Below are positions 12,191 through 23,557 of a stretch of DNA of 64,000 bases, one piece after another. Made by a program: the position numbers and the translations under genes. Positions within the stretch are counted from its first letter, which is position 1; every line of letters starts with the position of its first letter. Below the pieces are notes generated by a model, which saw nothing but the letters and a program-made list of their open reading frames with translations, was not told the DNA's origin and ran no database searches. The DNA is from Diplonema japonicum (Eukaryota > Protista > Euglenozoa: Diplonemea). The stretch is taken from NCBI GenBank assembly GCA_964019335.1, contig OZ025760.1:141053-205052 (forward strand), in the 5' to 3' direction.

Positions 12191-12389
12191 GGGCTATGCT
12201 GGCATGGAAACGCGTTTCCATGCATTTTTTGAAAAAAAGGGAAACGGAAACGGAAACGGATACGGAAACGGAAACGTTTCCTTATGTTTCCTTAAGAAGG
12301 AAGCCGTTTCCATAAGAATTTTGAAAAGTATGGAAACGGAAACGGGAACGGAAACGGAAACGTTTCCACGTTTCCTGCCAGCATAGCCC
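12191..12389. mobile_element. MITE with GGGCTATGCTGGCA TIRs and internal GGAAAC repeats
   Basis: Perfect 14-bp TIR (GGGCTATGCTGGCA ... TGCCAGCATAGCCC|TA). A relative lies at 44830-44984. Confidence 0.7.
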
Positions 12390-12391
12390 TA

Positions 12392-12833
12392 GGGGGGGTC
12401 ATAAGGGGGTCGTTATTTGCCCTTTTTCAGGCTCTTCGCCAAGGGCATTTTGGGCCCTTAAAAAAACTGTAACCACCTCAAAAGTGCCCACAAATCACCC
12501 AAACCCCCGTTTCCCGATGCTTTCCGGCCCCAGAAGTGCCTAGAATCATGTTCTAATTTTGGGGCCCCCGTTTGGTACTTTCCCTATGTAATCCTAGGGA
12601 ACATAAAATAGGGGCCCCTAGGATTACATAGGGAAAGTACCAAACGGGGGCCCCAAAATTAGAACATGATTCTAGGCACTTCTGGGGTCGGAAAACATCG
12701 GGAAACGGGGGTTTGGGTGATTTGTGGGCACTTTTGGGGTGGTTACAGTTTTTTTAAAGGCCCAAAATGCCCTTGGCGAAGAGCCTGAAAAAGGGCAAAA
12801 AGTGGCCCTTTTTAAGGACCATATGACCCCCCC
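12392..12833. mobile_element. 442-bp foldback (near-perfect palindromic) element flanked by TA
   Basis: TA|GGGGGGGTCATA ... TATGACCCCCCC|TA. Arms of about 200 bp are nearly perfectly complementary around a loop at about 12600-12615. Confidence 0.85.
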
Positions 12834-12878
12834 TACCCCCCCCCCCCCCCCCCCCCCCCCTCTCCTTTTTTTATTAAT

Positions 12879-14406
12879 CTACAGAATGGTCTTTGTCGGG
12901 TCGTTGATCCGCTTTCGCAAGTCGGCGATCTATTTTTATTATTATTAATTTTTATCCTCCTCCCTCCCTCCAACACACACCTTACTGTCTACGTAACTGG
13001 CATCAATGGTAACAGTTTTCCCCTTGTATGTTTCCTGCGCAATGAGTTTTTTTTTTTTATATCATCCATACCGCTTCAAAAGAAATATCCTCAACGATTT
13101 TTTCAATCACGGTGACCAGCCGTCTTGCACCGATGTTCTGCATCTCCCCATTGATGCTCTTAGTGACCGCCGCTACCCGCCGTATCGCGTCCTCAGTAAA
13201 GTTCAGACCGACGCCCTCCGTCTTGAGAAGCTCTTGGTTCTGTTTTATCTGGTTGAAAGCGGGCTCGGTGAGGATTCGGTAGAAATCGTTTTCGGTCAGA
13301 TCGGAGAGTTCAACACGGACGGGGAGACGGCCTTGCAGTTCGGCTATCATCTCCGAGGGCTTCGCGATGTGGAAGGCACCGGAACAAATGAACAATACGT
13401 TGTCGGTTTTAATAGTTGTCCCGTCCTTAAGGGTCACAACACAGCCTTCGATTAAGGGGAGGAGGTCTTGCTGTACACCTTCTCCTGAAGTGTCAGCGGA
13501 TCTGTTTTTCTTTGGGGCGACCACCTTGTCGATCTCGTCGATGAATACTACTCCGTGGTTCTCTGCTAGCTTCACGGCGTCGAGTTGGATCTGCTTACTG
13601 TCGATTAGTTTTTCTAGCTCGTCGTTTATGATTAGTTGCATGGCTTCCTTGATCTTCGCGGTGAGCTTTTTCGTCTTCCCCTTCTCGTCCTTCCCCTTGT
13701 GGTCGCTGAAGATTATCAACCCTTGCATCCTTTCGTCATCCATTTTGACTTTTTTGTTCGGCTCTTCCGCAGCAACGGAAAAATCGATTTCTTTTTCGTC
13801 AAGCGCGCCTTCAAGAAGCAATGCCTTGTACTTCTCAAGCTCCTCCGGGTTGTTATCCGGAACGATCTTGCTCAGGATGATTTGAATCGCGGCTTGCTGT
13901 GTGTGTGTGTTTTTTTTTTTTTTAAATACTTTTGCATTGTCTTGCTGTCTTGCTTGAGCGAGTTTTTTAGCTCGTTGGACGGATGCGGTGAAGAGGTCTT
14001 CGACTATACTGTCAACGTCTCGACCTTTGAAGCCTACCTCGGTGTACTTTGTGGCTTCGACCTTTACGAAGGGAGCATCTGTGAGCTTCGCCATTCTCCT
14101 TGAAATCTCGGTTTTCCCCACCCCGGTGGGGCCGACCATTAAGATGTTCTTCGGGTGGATGTCGTCACGGAGGTCCTTATCCTTCAACATAGTTCGCCTC
14201 CACCTGTTGCGGAGAGATATCGCGACCGCCCTTTTCGCTGCGTCTTGACCTATAATATACTTATCAAGCTCTGTTACCACCGCTCGGGGGATCATGGCTC
14301 GCTCAAGAATCTCCTTCTCAAGGTCCCAGTAGGTGGTGGTGGCGATCTCTGGTGCAGGTTGTGCTGCCGCCTGAATGCATCGCCGCGTAATACCGCGGAG
14401 CAACAT
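12879..14406 (-). CDS. hslU: Mitochondrial ATP-dependent protease ATPase subunit HslU (4 exons)
   Basis: ELDKYIIGQ, NRWRR, GPTGVGKTE, FIDEIDK, GVQQDLLP, ELQGRLP and NIGARRL, after an MLLRGITRR presequence. Introns 13929-13897, 13071-13035 and 12980-12930 restore the C-terminus ...IADLRKRINDPTKTIL*. Confidence 0.93.
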
Positions 14407-14568
14407 TTTCTTTTTTTTTCTTCTTTTTTTTTTTGTGTGTGTTCTGTTTTTAGATTTAATACGCAAAGAAGAAAGAGAGGGGGATGGGGGAAAAGGGGTA
14501 ATATTACACACTTTTTCCTTTTTTTTTTCCCCCCCCTTTCTCCTCCATTTTTCTTTTTTTCTTTTTTT

Positions 14569-15033
14569 TCAAACAAGTTCGTCGCAGTCGTCTTCCACCT
14601 TTTGCTCTCGTCCTATTTTTTTTTTTTTTATATTTATTTGTAAAAATATAATTACCTGACACCGCCATGTCCCAGTAGTGCCCGCTTCCAAGGGTGTCGA
14701 GGTACTTCTTCGCCTTCAGCCCGTCGGTGAAGGTGAGGGATTTGAACTCTTTCTGCATCTTCCTCTCGGAGTAGCCTTGCCACACGCAGCAGGCGTTGTT
14801 CTTGTTGTCCTCGTTTTCAGCCAGTTCGTAGTCGATACGGTGGAGGAGCAGCCTAGAGAATTTCCGGGTTGGCTTCCTCCCACCGTCAATCATCACCAAG
14901 TTGACACCATTTGTTCGTATCAACATCCCTGTTAGGTGCAGCTGCTTGGCGTTCTCAATAATCTTCCAGATGGCCCTCGCTGAGTGAAGCGCATTTATCC
15001 TGTTTTTTTTTTTTTTTTTTAATACCCGCTTTA

Positions 15034-15068
<35 letters not shown>

Positions 15069-16233
15069 GTAAATACTAGACACGGGGTCTTCATTAGCTT
15101 CTCGCGTCATCTTTCCTATTATTTTCCGCCTCTTGGCATCCGGGTCGAGTTTGCGTTCCTTTTTTTTTTTTTTTTTGAAAAAAAAAAAAAAAAAAAAACC
15201 TGATTCCGCGCTTCGTGTCTGCCCATTCTCTCTGCCATTTGCGTTCGGACAAATCTCTCGATCGTTGTGGGGTCCTATTTTTTTTTTTTTTTTTTAATTG
15301 TTCCCTTCCCCCTACCTGCACGGCTTCCTTCCCCATCACCTTCATGATATTTGAGATCTTCACCTTCGGCGGCGGCGGTGCTAAAAGCCCCATCGCGATT
15401 TGTTCCTGTTTGTCCTTCTCCCGCTCCACCCTGGTTCGCGTTCGGATCTTCTTTGCTTCCTTCTTGGTGAGGATAAGTGCCTGCGGCTCTGGGGCTGCTG
15501 CAGAGTTCGGCCCCTCTATCGGAACAGGGTGCTCTATATAATGGGTCAACACCTTGAACTTAAGCCTCCACTGCAATGCGTCGCTTGTAAGATCATCCCT
15601 CACGTCAGAATAGGACTTTGTGAGTAAAATGCTGGCGTCCCACCATTCCGTATCTGGGACATCGGTGATGTCGCTTTGGAGCTGTTCTTCTGTCAGAACG
15701 ACAGCTGTTTCAGATGGTTGGATTTGAGGAGCGGACATTTTTAAGTCTGCGTCTGCAGCTTTCCGTTTTTCTTTGAATTCTTTTCTGGCGTCCATCAGCT
15801 TTCTCATTTTCTCGCCTTGTTCGGTGTACTTTCCCGTTTCGCCGAAGATCATCCGTTTTCTGTCTTTTCCCTTCATGTGGACTAGTGACTCATCGAAGTA
15901 AGCGGACTTGGGTTTGTCGTAAAGGCCTGGTTCGATTTCTTCCTTCTTAGGGGGCTGCCTTCGTGTGTCGTTTTTCCCCTTCCCCGTCTCGGGTTCCAGT
16001 AGCGTGCCGTTTTCGTCGACAAGCCTACCTGAGTCGTCTAAAAAGGCTTTTATCGGCCTGTTTTGTGCGACCTTTTTCAGCTTGGCGGCGATGTGGTCCA
16101 TGTGCGTGCTGGGGAGGAGCTCTGTCAAGTCATCCGGTTCAGGATCTGGGTACACATCCCTGCTCCTCTTTCTAACTTTGTTTGATCCCGTCGACCCGCG
16201 GCTTGCAGCACCGCTTTTTCGTGAAAACGACAT
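14569..16233 (-). CDS. PRP3: U4/U6 snRNP protein Prp3 (5 exons)
   Basis: EWWD, YIEHPVPI, LTKKEAKKIR and PPPPKVKISNIMKV. Splicing 15315-15275, 15199-15159, 15066-15000 and 14655-14613 gives DPTTIE...ENAKQLHLTG...VWQG...HYWDMA. Confidence 0.92.
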
Positions 16234-16338
16234 TTTTTTTTTTTTTTTTTCCCTTCAAAAATTCAAAAAATTCAAAAAAAAAAAAAAAAAAATGATTGAT
16301 AGGGTGGGAGACAGGGTTTTTTTTTTTTTTTTTCCTCT

Positions 16339-16839
16339 TCAATCCGTGTTGCTACGTCTGAGTTTTCGCATTGCTTCTCGTTTCGCCGTTGCTCGGCTCG
16401 ACGCGGCTTGTTTCAACCGCTCTGTTTTCCCCAGGCCCTTTATTTTGTCCATAGAGGATGTCAGCCCCGACTCCTTCTTCTTGTTCTTCTTCGCAAGTGG
16501 TATTTTTCGTGCTCTGGGGGTGTTGGCCTTGTTCAACGAGGTTCGAAGTTCGTCCTTCGCCCCCGCGATGGTCCCCCGGGCCGCCTCCTTCACGATGACG
16601 TAGTTCCCCACTGTGTTCTGCATACCAGCGTTGTCGTTCCGCACCATCCCCCTCCCGATGAGGCCTTCCAGGATCGGCTCCAACCACTCTGAGGTCCGCT
16701 TGACCGCTGCCTTGGGCAGACACGATTCAAATCGCTTTACAAGAACACCCCCGATCGCCTTTTTCGACAGACCTCCTTTGGATTTTGACTGCGCTTCGCT
16801 TAAAACCCCCAACACCAGCATCTCTGGTTCAACTTCCAT
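16339..16839 (-). CDS. Small basic protein, possible winged-helix (linker-histone-like) domain plus K/R-rich tail
   Basis: 166-aa ORF with A-rich start context. GLSKKAI...LEGLIGRGMV resembles an H15-type helix pattern. The product call is weak. Confidence 0.55.
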   Translation of the reverse strand: MEVEPEMLVLGVLSEAQSKSKGGLSKKAIGGVLVKRFESCLPKAAVKRTSEWLEPILEGLIGRGMVRNDNAGMQNTVGNYVIVKEAARGTIAGAKDELRTSLNKANTPRARKIPLAKKNKKKESGLTSSMDKIKGLGKTERLKQAASSRATAKREAMRKLRRSNTD

Positions 16840-17083
16840 CTTTTTTTTTTTTTTTTTTTTTTCCTTAATATGAGTGTGTGAAGCAATATAATTTTTTTTT
16901 TTTTTTTATAAATACATGGGATACAATTTTTTTTTTTTTTTGTTTTAACAATATTATTGTCGAGACTAAAAACTAGTTGATGGCAGCGTAATGAGCTATT
17001 TTATTAGGTAAAATTCCGCTCGTGCGCACAAACAAAATGGAGCACCAAACTAGTTTTTTTTTTTTTTTTTTTTTTTTTTTCTT

Positions 17084-17788
17084 CTACGTGAGAGGGTGCT
17101 GCACCTCACTCGCGATCTTTTTCACAACGCGATCAAGCTGCAGGACGATGCTGTGTAACAAATTTTGCTGGACTCGTTGGGGTTGGGGTTGGGGTTGGGG
17201 TTGGGGTTGGGGTTGGGGTTGGGGTTGGGGTTGGGGTTGGGGTTGGGGTTGGGGTTGGGGTTGGGGGTTGACCGGTTGCTCCCAAGGCACGCAGGCGGGC
17301 GCCGAGAGGACCGACATTGTCAGAGAGGACGCCAGTTGCGCTTGGAGCTCTTGTTTTTTCGCCTCCGCCTCCCAGTACCGTGCCGTGTAGGCGGCAGAGA
17401 CGGCTTCTCGATGCCGTTCAGCTTCGGCAATCCGCATTTTCTCCTTCAAACGGGTGATTTCTTGCTCTTTGCGCACCCTATCCAATTCACGAAGAGATGT
17501 TTCCTCTGCGATTCTTCCTTCCAGCCATTGTTTTACGGCTGCTGTGTGCTCGTCTTGCTGCAGGGACTTTAGTGTGACGGTGGCTCCTGATTCCAGTTCT
17601 TCTTTTTCTTCTTCTTCTTCTTCTTCTTCTTCTTCTTCTTCTTCTTCCTCGTCGTCTTCTTGTAGTGATTGCAGTTCTTTTTCTAAATCCCACACGGATT
17701 TTCCGCTTTCGGCATGTTGGTAATATGCCCTCCCCGTTCTTTTGTCGAATTTCTCCTTCCACTCCCCAGATGTTAGGGCTTCGTTCAT
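17084..17788 (-). CDS. WW-domain protein with poly-E, coiled coil and (PQ)n tract
   Basis: WKEKFDKRTGRAYYQHAESGKSVWDL. ATG at 17788 follows a poly(A) run. Confidence 0.8.
   Translation of the reverse strand: MNEALTSGEWKEKFDKRTGRAYYQHAESGKSVWDLEKELQSLQEDDEEEEEEEEEEEEEEEKEELESGATVTLKSLQQDEHTAAVKQWLEGRIAEETSLRELDRVRKEQEITRLKEKMRIAEAERHREAVSAAYTARYWEAEAKKQELQAQLASSLTMSVLSAPACVPWEQPVNPQPQPQPQPQPQPQPQPQPQPQPQPQPQPQRVQQNLLHSIVLQLDRVVKKIASEVQHPLT
17177..17266 (+). repeat. (TTGGGG)15 coding microsatellite (encodes the PQ repeat on the minus strand)
   Basis: Directly visible. Confidence 0.95.
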
Positions 17789-18338
17789 TTTTTTTTTTTT
17801 TTCCGCTTTTCTCCTTCTCCTTCTCCTTTGATCGGGTGTTTGAAGAAGGGAGGGGAAAAAAAAAGAGAAAAAAAAAAACTGGTTTTCCTTTTTTTTTTTT
17901 TTATAATTTTTTTTTTTCCCCCGTTCGCCATTTTTAAATGGGCAAGTGCGGCGAGAAGCCCAAAAGGGAAGGAAAAACAAAATGGCGGGGGTGGGGGTGG
18001 GGGGTATTTTTAATAAAGGAGTGCGAGTAGTCAAAAAATAAAAATGCCTTAATGTGAGGGAAGAGAAAAGAAGAGAAAAAAAAGAAGAAAAAAAAGAGCC
18101 CTCGGTTTAACCTACTGTTCTCCCACCTTGCTTACCCACAGTCCTTTTTTTGTGAACGAAATTAATTTTTTTTTTTTTTACCAACCCCTCCTCTCTTTTT
18201 TTTTGGGGAAAAAAACAACGTTTTCAGTAAACATCTTTTGGGGTGTGTTTGGCAATGTTCAGTAACTCCGAAAAACCATAATTGGCAAAACGACCAAAAA
18301 AAAAAAAAAACACTACAAAAAAATTCACTGAAACCGTT

Positions 18339-18383
<45 letters not shown>

Positions 18384-18490
18384 GAAAAACCACACACTTG
18401 AAAAAAAAAATTCTACTCAAAAAAAAAACTTTTTTTTTCCTTTTTTTTTTTGTTTCTCTCTCTTTTAAAAAAAAAAAAAAAAAAAAAAAA

Positions 18491-18553
18491 TTAAATCACC
18501 GCACTAACTTTCCGCGTCCACGCTGCATCGTTGAAAATCGGGAGGATACTGTA

Positions 18554-18589
<36 letters not shown>

Positions 18590-19793
18590 CAAAGCTATAA
18601 ATTTTCTTCCCCCTCCCTCACCCCCCTATACCAAGCAATCAAAGTCACCCCAATCGTCAGCCTGATTGATTCCGTCCCGGCGCAAAGAAACAAAACAGCG
18701 GAAAGAATCACGGTGATGGAGTCGGTGGTACCCTGCTTCCGACGGCTCCCGGAATCAATACATATATCGTACACCGCCGAACAAGAAACAGCGATCGCAA
18801 GCATGTACACCGTAAGCTGGAACGCGAAAGAGAAAGGCGACCTGTTAATAAGAGCCGGGAGTTCAATCCAAACAACTTCCTTCGCAAGCATAAGCAACGC
18901 CGCGACAATCGACGGCAGGTATCTGGTCAACTGTTCAGGGTCGGCAATTCCATTTAACATCCAACCGTCGTCGTGCATCAACAACAGCAAAGGTGACATT
19001 AACACAGGCAATCCCGGTCCAGCATCTCCGAAGTCCGAACGAAGAATTAACAGCGAAACATATGCTTGCAACACACAAATATTACCCAACAACCCAAACT
19101 GCGATCCGTCCCCAACGGCATTTCGCATACTGTCCACTTTTTTCATGTCGCGTGATCGTAAGGCTGGACGGTCCGTCAGCTTCAGCTTCAACAACGCCGC
19201 GAGTATCAAATTAATCCCGATCGACAACGACAATATACTATTGGACTTCTGATTCGCCGTTTCAAACTTCAACGTTGCATCAAAACTCTCAGGTATGCTC
19301 CAATGGGCGTCGAGAAGTGCTGCAAGAAGCGTAACCAGTGTCCCAGTGTAGAATCCCCAGATTGTGTTCGAATCTTCTCTTTGAGCGGAGACCGAGAAAT
19401 GTGTGAAGTCAACGCATAGAACTGTAAGCCCGAATACAAGTGTGATGTACAGGTAGGCACTCCACCCTGCGTAAGGTATGAACAGTGCTGTGAATGAGAT
19501 CCCACATCCTGTTGATATAATGGTCCACCAGGCCACGCGGAGCCCTGAGTTTTCCGGCATTTGAACGACTCCTAAGAGTGTGATGCCCACTGCTGTTATG
19601 GACAGCAGGCCGAGCGCGGCTCCCCAAGACGGGGCTTGGTACAAATCTATGTCGTTTTCTTCTTCTGAAGCGCCTTCCACCATCGGGTCCATCAACGCGA
19701 TCAAACTCCCAATCACCATGAACGCTTGGCAGATCTTCCTCGCCCTTCGTTGCGATGTGGGCAGAACATGCAGCAACGGGAACTGCAGGACAC

Positions 19794-19824
<31 letters not shown>

Positions 19825-20378
19825 ATATATACCCTGCGTAGATGGCGACGAGACCCAACATCCGTCCGTAACCAAGGTCACTGTCGCCGGTTGTTAGCTC
19901 GCCCAGTGCGAGGACGATGGAGTTTTTCGACAGAATGGCGACCGTACAGCAGCAAACTAGGTACATGTTCACCACCGGTACCAGGCTTGACCTCCTCTTC
20001 TTCTCCTTCTTCTCGTAGTAAAGCTGCAGGAGGATCGTTATCATCGCTGTGCACATGACGTACGCAAGCATCAAAGCGTGCATCCCGTAAGAGTGGTCGT
20101 AAAGATCCGAGTCCCGTTCAGGCAGCGTGCTGACCATGCAGAAGAGGTAGAACTTTGATAGGTACAGACCCGTTAGTACCTTTTTTTTTTTTTTTTTTTT
20201 TTTGTTCCTTTTTTAAAATATATATATACCGAAGCCTGTCCTTTCTCCAGCTTCTTGTTTCGGTACAACTTCTGCACGAAGAACAGCCCCCAGACGGACG
20301 TCCCTATCACACACGTGAAGGGGTAGAGGTTCTCTGGTTGGGAGTACAGGACGTGCTCGATGATCGTAAGGGCAACCA

Positions 20379-20416
<38 letters not shown>

Positions 20417-22144
20417 CTTTCTTCCCTCTTTCCTCACTCACACACCTGCTGCAGCAAACTGATGTAAAACGCAGGCTGGTTTTCAACCAACCCCAACGGG
20501 AAGATGCAGCACTGGATGAGGTACAGCCACAAGATATAAACAGACATCCTGACAATTTTTTTTTTTCTCTTTTTTTTTTTTTAAAAACCAAAACACATAC
20601 TGAGGTAACGAGATATGCTCGGCCCCGCCGAAAATCGCAAGATCCACGTTCAGAAACGAGAACGATTTGTACATCCACCAGGTAAGCAAAATAAATGTAG
20701 TGGACACGAAAATCAGGTAATTGTTCAGATTCCTCGGCTCCAAGCAGAACGACGTCAAGCAAGCAGCAGACAACGCGGAACAACAAATCACAAACCTCGG
20801 CATCCCCGCCACATAGCTGAAAGCAATCGCAGCACAGATACTGAAGAACAGCACACCGGTCCATTTCACAGCACGGTCCATGCCGTTCTGAGGCATTTCT
20901 GCAAGCTGCACAGCCCAATAAACAACAAGCGACCCACAATATCCGGAAATCGCAATTAAAATTACGTTGTAAGGCGGTGTGACCCCTGCAAGAAGATGCG
21001 CGAAACGACCGAACGCCACCCTGTAGATGACCCAGTGAAGCACTATTAGATACGACCCAAGCAAAATCGTGTTTCTTGTGTATGCGGCAGCACTGTCTTT
21101 TTTTGTCTCGGACCGCTGCCCGTAAGGATCAGCGTACGCGAACCACAACGACTCCTTCGCATCGTAAAACAGGTACAGAAGAGGAATGGCAACAAGCGTC
21201 CCGATGTTTAACAGGTGCAGCATTGAAAGATGCTGCTTGTGGTTGATAAGAATCTCGGTCAACGCAGGGAGAACCACAGTGGCAAACGTGAACAAACCGG
21301 GTTCTAATAACCCGTTGATGTATTCCTCATCCTTGGCCTCCGGTGCCAATGCTTCCTTAAACGCGGACTTTCTCTTCGTGTAAAAGATTCTGTGCAAACC
21401 TATCATGACAATCGCCAATCCAAATGGTGCGAGCTGCGACCCGATCAAGCTCAAACAGGTGCTGAACAACAATGGTAAACACACGATCGGGGACAACCCC
21501 AGGAGGACCCTTTCCGCAGCCAAAGCGATCTCGGGCGACTGAATCTGAAGCCATTTAAACTGTATCGTTGAAAAAACCCCCAATATAAAGAGGTACAACG
21601 ACAGATCTAAAAGAATAAACGACGACAGCCACGTGTTCGTCAGCACGTTTATATTCGTGAAGTACATCCCGACCCATACTGATATGACACATGCCCATAC
21701 ACTCACCAAAGCAAGGTTTTTTGCGTTTGTATAGTCAAGGATGTATGTTGCAATGATACCCACGAGTAAAGTTGCCAAAACGTGTTTCCCGCTGACGGCC
21801 AATGCGGGAAGTAAGCATGAGAGCACTAAGGCGCTGAGCTCAGGGATGAAATTGATGTATCCTGGGGTGAATTCTAATTTGAAGGAGCCTTCGCTTCTTT
21901 CCATTTTTCCTCGGCTTGAGAAGTACGGATCGTCGGTGGCGGCTGTTCTTCTATGTACGTTGCTGAAGGCTCGGTCGTCTTCTTTTGATTCCATTACTAC
22001 TTCTCTCGGGGGTTCCCCCACGACTTCCTTCTGTGCCACCACGAGGTGCTGGATGGCCTGGCTGATTTCTTGTGCCAAGATTTTCTTGTCTTGGTCCCGG
22101 TCTTGTTCCAGCGGGACTTGTTCGTACTGAGGTTGACCCGACAT
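18491..22144 (-). CDS. NO EXINE FORMATION 1 (NEF1)-like polytopic membrane protein (6 exons)
   Basis: LFILGVFSTIQFKWLQIQSPEIALAAERVLL matches my recollection of plant NEF1. Introns 20600-20549, 20445-20380, 20229-20180, 19832-19793 and 18631-18549 join the ORF pieces in frame. Confidence 0.8.
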
Positions 22145-22213
22145 ATTCTTTAAAAAAAAAAAAAAGTGGGGGGGTAAACAAACAAGGGTCTTTGGCCCTG
22201 CCCTGTTGTTGTG

Positions 22214-22246
<33 letters not shown>

Positions 22247-22372
22247 AGAAGAATAGAATATAAAAAAGAAATAAAATACTTAAGGAAAAAATGGGGAAAC
22301 TGATCTAACGCAAGATTTTTTTTTTTTTTTTTTTTTTTTTTAGATAGCCCCTTTAAAAAAATAGAAAAATGC

Positions 22373-22405
<33 letters not shown>

Positions 22406-22955
22406 CCTTTCTTTTTTTCTTCTCTTTCTCTTTTTTCTTTTTTTTCTCTTTTTGTGCGATTGCAAGAACCGTTTTCAGAATTATTATTATTGCCCCTTTA
22501 AAAAAAAATCTCTACCGGTTGGTACTACAGTAATTAAGGGCCGCTTTTGCAAAGACTACCCCCCCCCAAAAAAAACCCCTGAGCTGAGATTATCTGATGA
22601 TTTTTTTTCCCTCCTTATTTTCTTGTATCTTAAAAATAAGTTTTAAAAAAAAAATCTTTAAACAACTCCTATTCTTTCCTTTTCTTTTCCTTTTTCAAAT
22701 AATGAGCCATTTTTCCCCTCCCTCCCCCCTTTTTTTTTCGAAGACCGAAAAACTTTTTCCCCCTCCGTAGGTTGTAAAAAAAAATCTTTTTTTGGTCCCT
22801 CTAAAAAAAATATCATTCCTCCCCCCCCTCCCCTTTTTTTTTCTTTCATTCTTTTAATTAAGGTTAAATAATATTTAATATGACGGAGTACATGGGGAGA
22901 GGGAAACAACAACACTCTTTTCCTTCCAAAAAAAAAAAAAAAAAAAAAGAGGAGG

Positions 22956-23465
22956 AAAAGAAAAGAAAAGAAAAGAAAAGAAAAGAAAAGAAAAGAAAAG
23001 AAAAGAAAAGAAAAGAAAAGAAAAGAAAAGAAAAGAAAAGAAAAGAAAAGAAAAGAAAAGAAAAGAAAAGAAAAGAAAAGAAAAGAAAAGAAAAGAAAAG
23101 AAAAGAAAAGAAAAGAAAAGAAAAGAAAAGAAAAGAAAAGAAAAGAAAAGAAAAGAAAAGAAAAGAAAAGAAAAGAAAAGAAAAGAAAAGAAAAGAAAAG
23201 AAAAGAAAAGAAAAGAAAAGAAAAGAAAAGAAAAGAAAAGAAAAGAAAAGAAAAGAAAAGAAAAGAAAAGAAAAGAAAAGAAAAGAAAAGAAAAGAAAAG
23301 AAAAGAAAAGAAAAGAAAAGAAAAGAAAAGAAAAGAAAAGAAAAGAAAAGAAAAGAAAAGAAAAGAAAAGAAAAGAAAAGAAAAGAAAAGAAAAGAAAAG
23401 AAAAGAAAAGAAAAGAAAAGAAAAGAAAAGAAAAGAAAAGAAAAGAAAAGAAAAGAAAAGAAAAG
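22956..23465 (+). repeat. Perfect (AAAAG)n array, about 102 units
   Basis: Directly visible, just downstream of the IP3R stop. Confidence 0.97.
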
Positions 23466-23492
23466 AAAAAAAACCAACCACCACCCCCCCCC

Positions 23493-23556
<64 letters not shown>

Positions 23557-23557
23557 C

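Noticed and set aside
17177-17266. (TTGGGG)n as an interstitial telomere
   Set aside because: It lies within a CDS and encodes the PQ repeat. It also differs from the TTAGGG repeat known from kinetoplastids.
13057-20500. Stop-codon reassignment or programmed frameshifts to explain the broken host ORFs
   Set aside because: Every break is resolved by a GT-AG intron, and TAA, TAG and TGA all terminate host genes.
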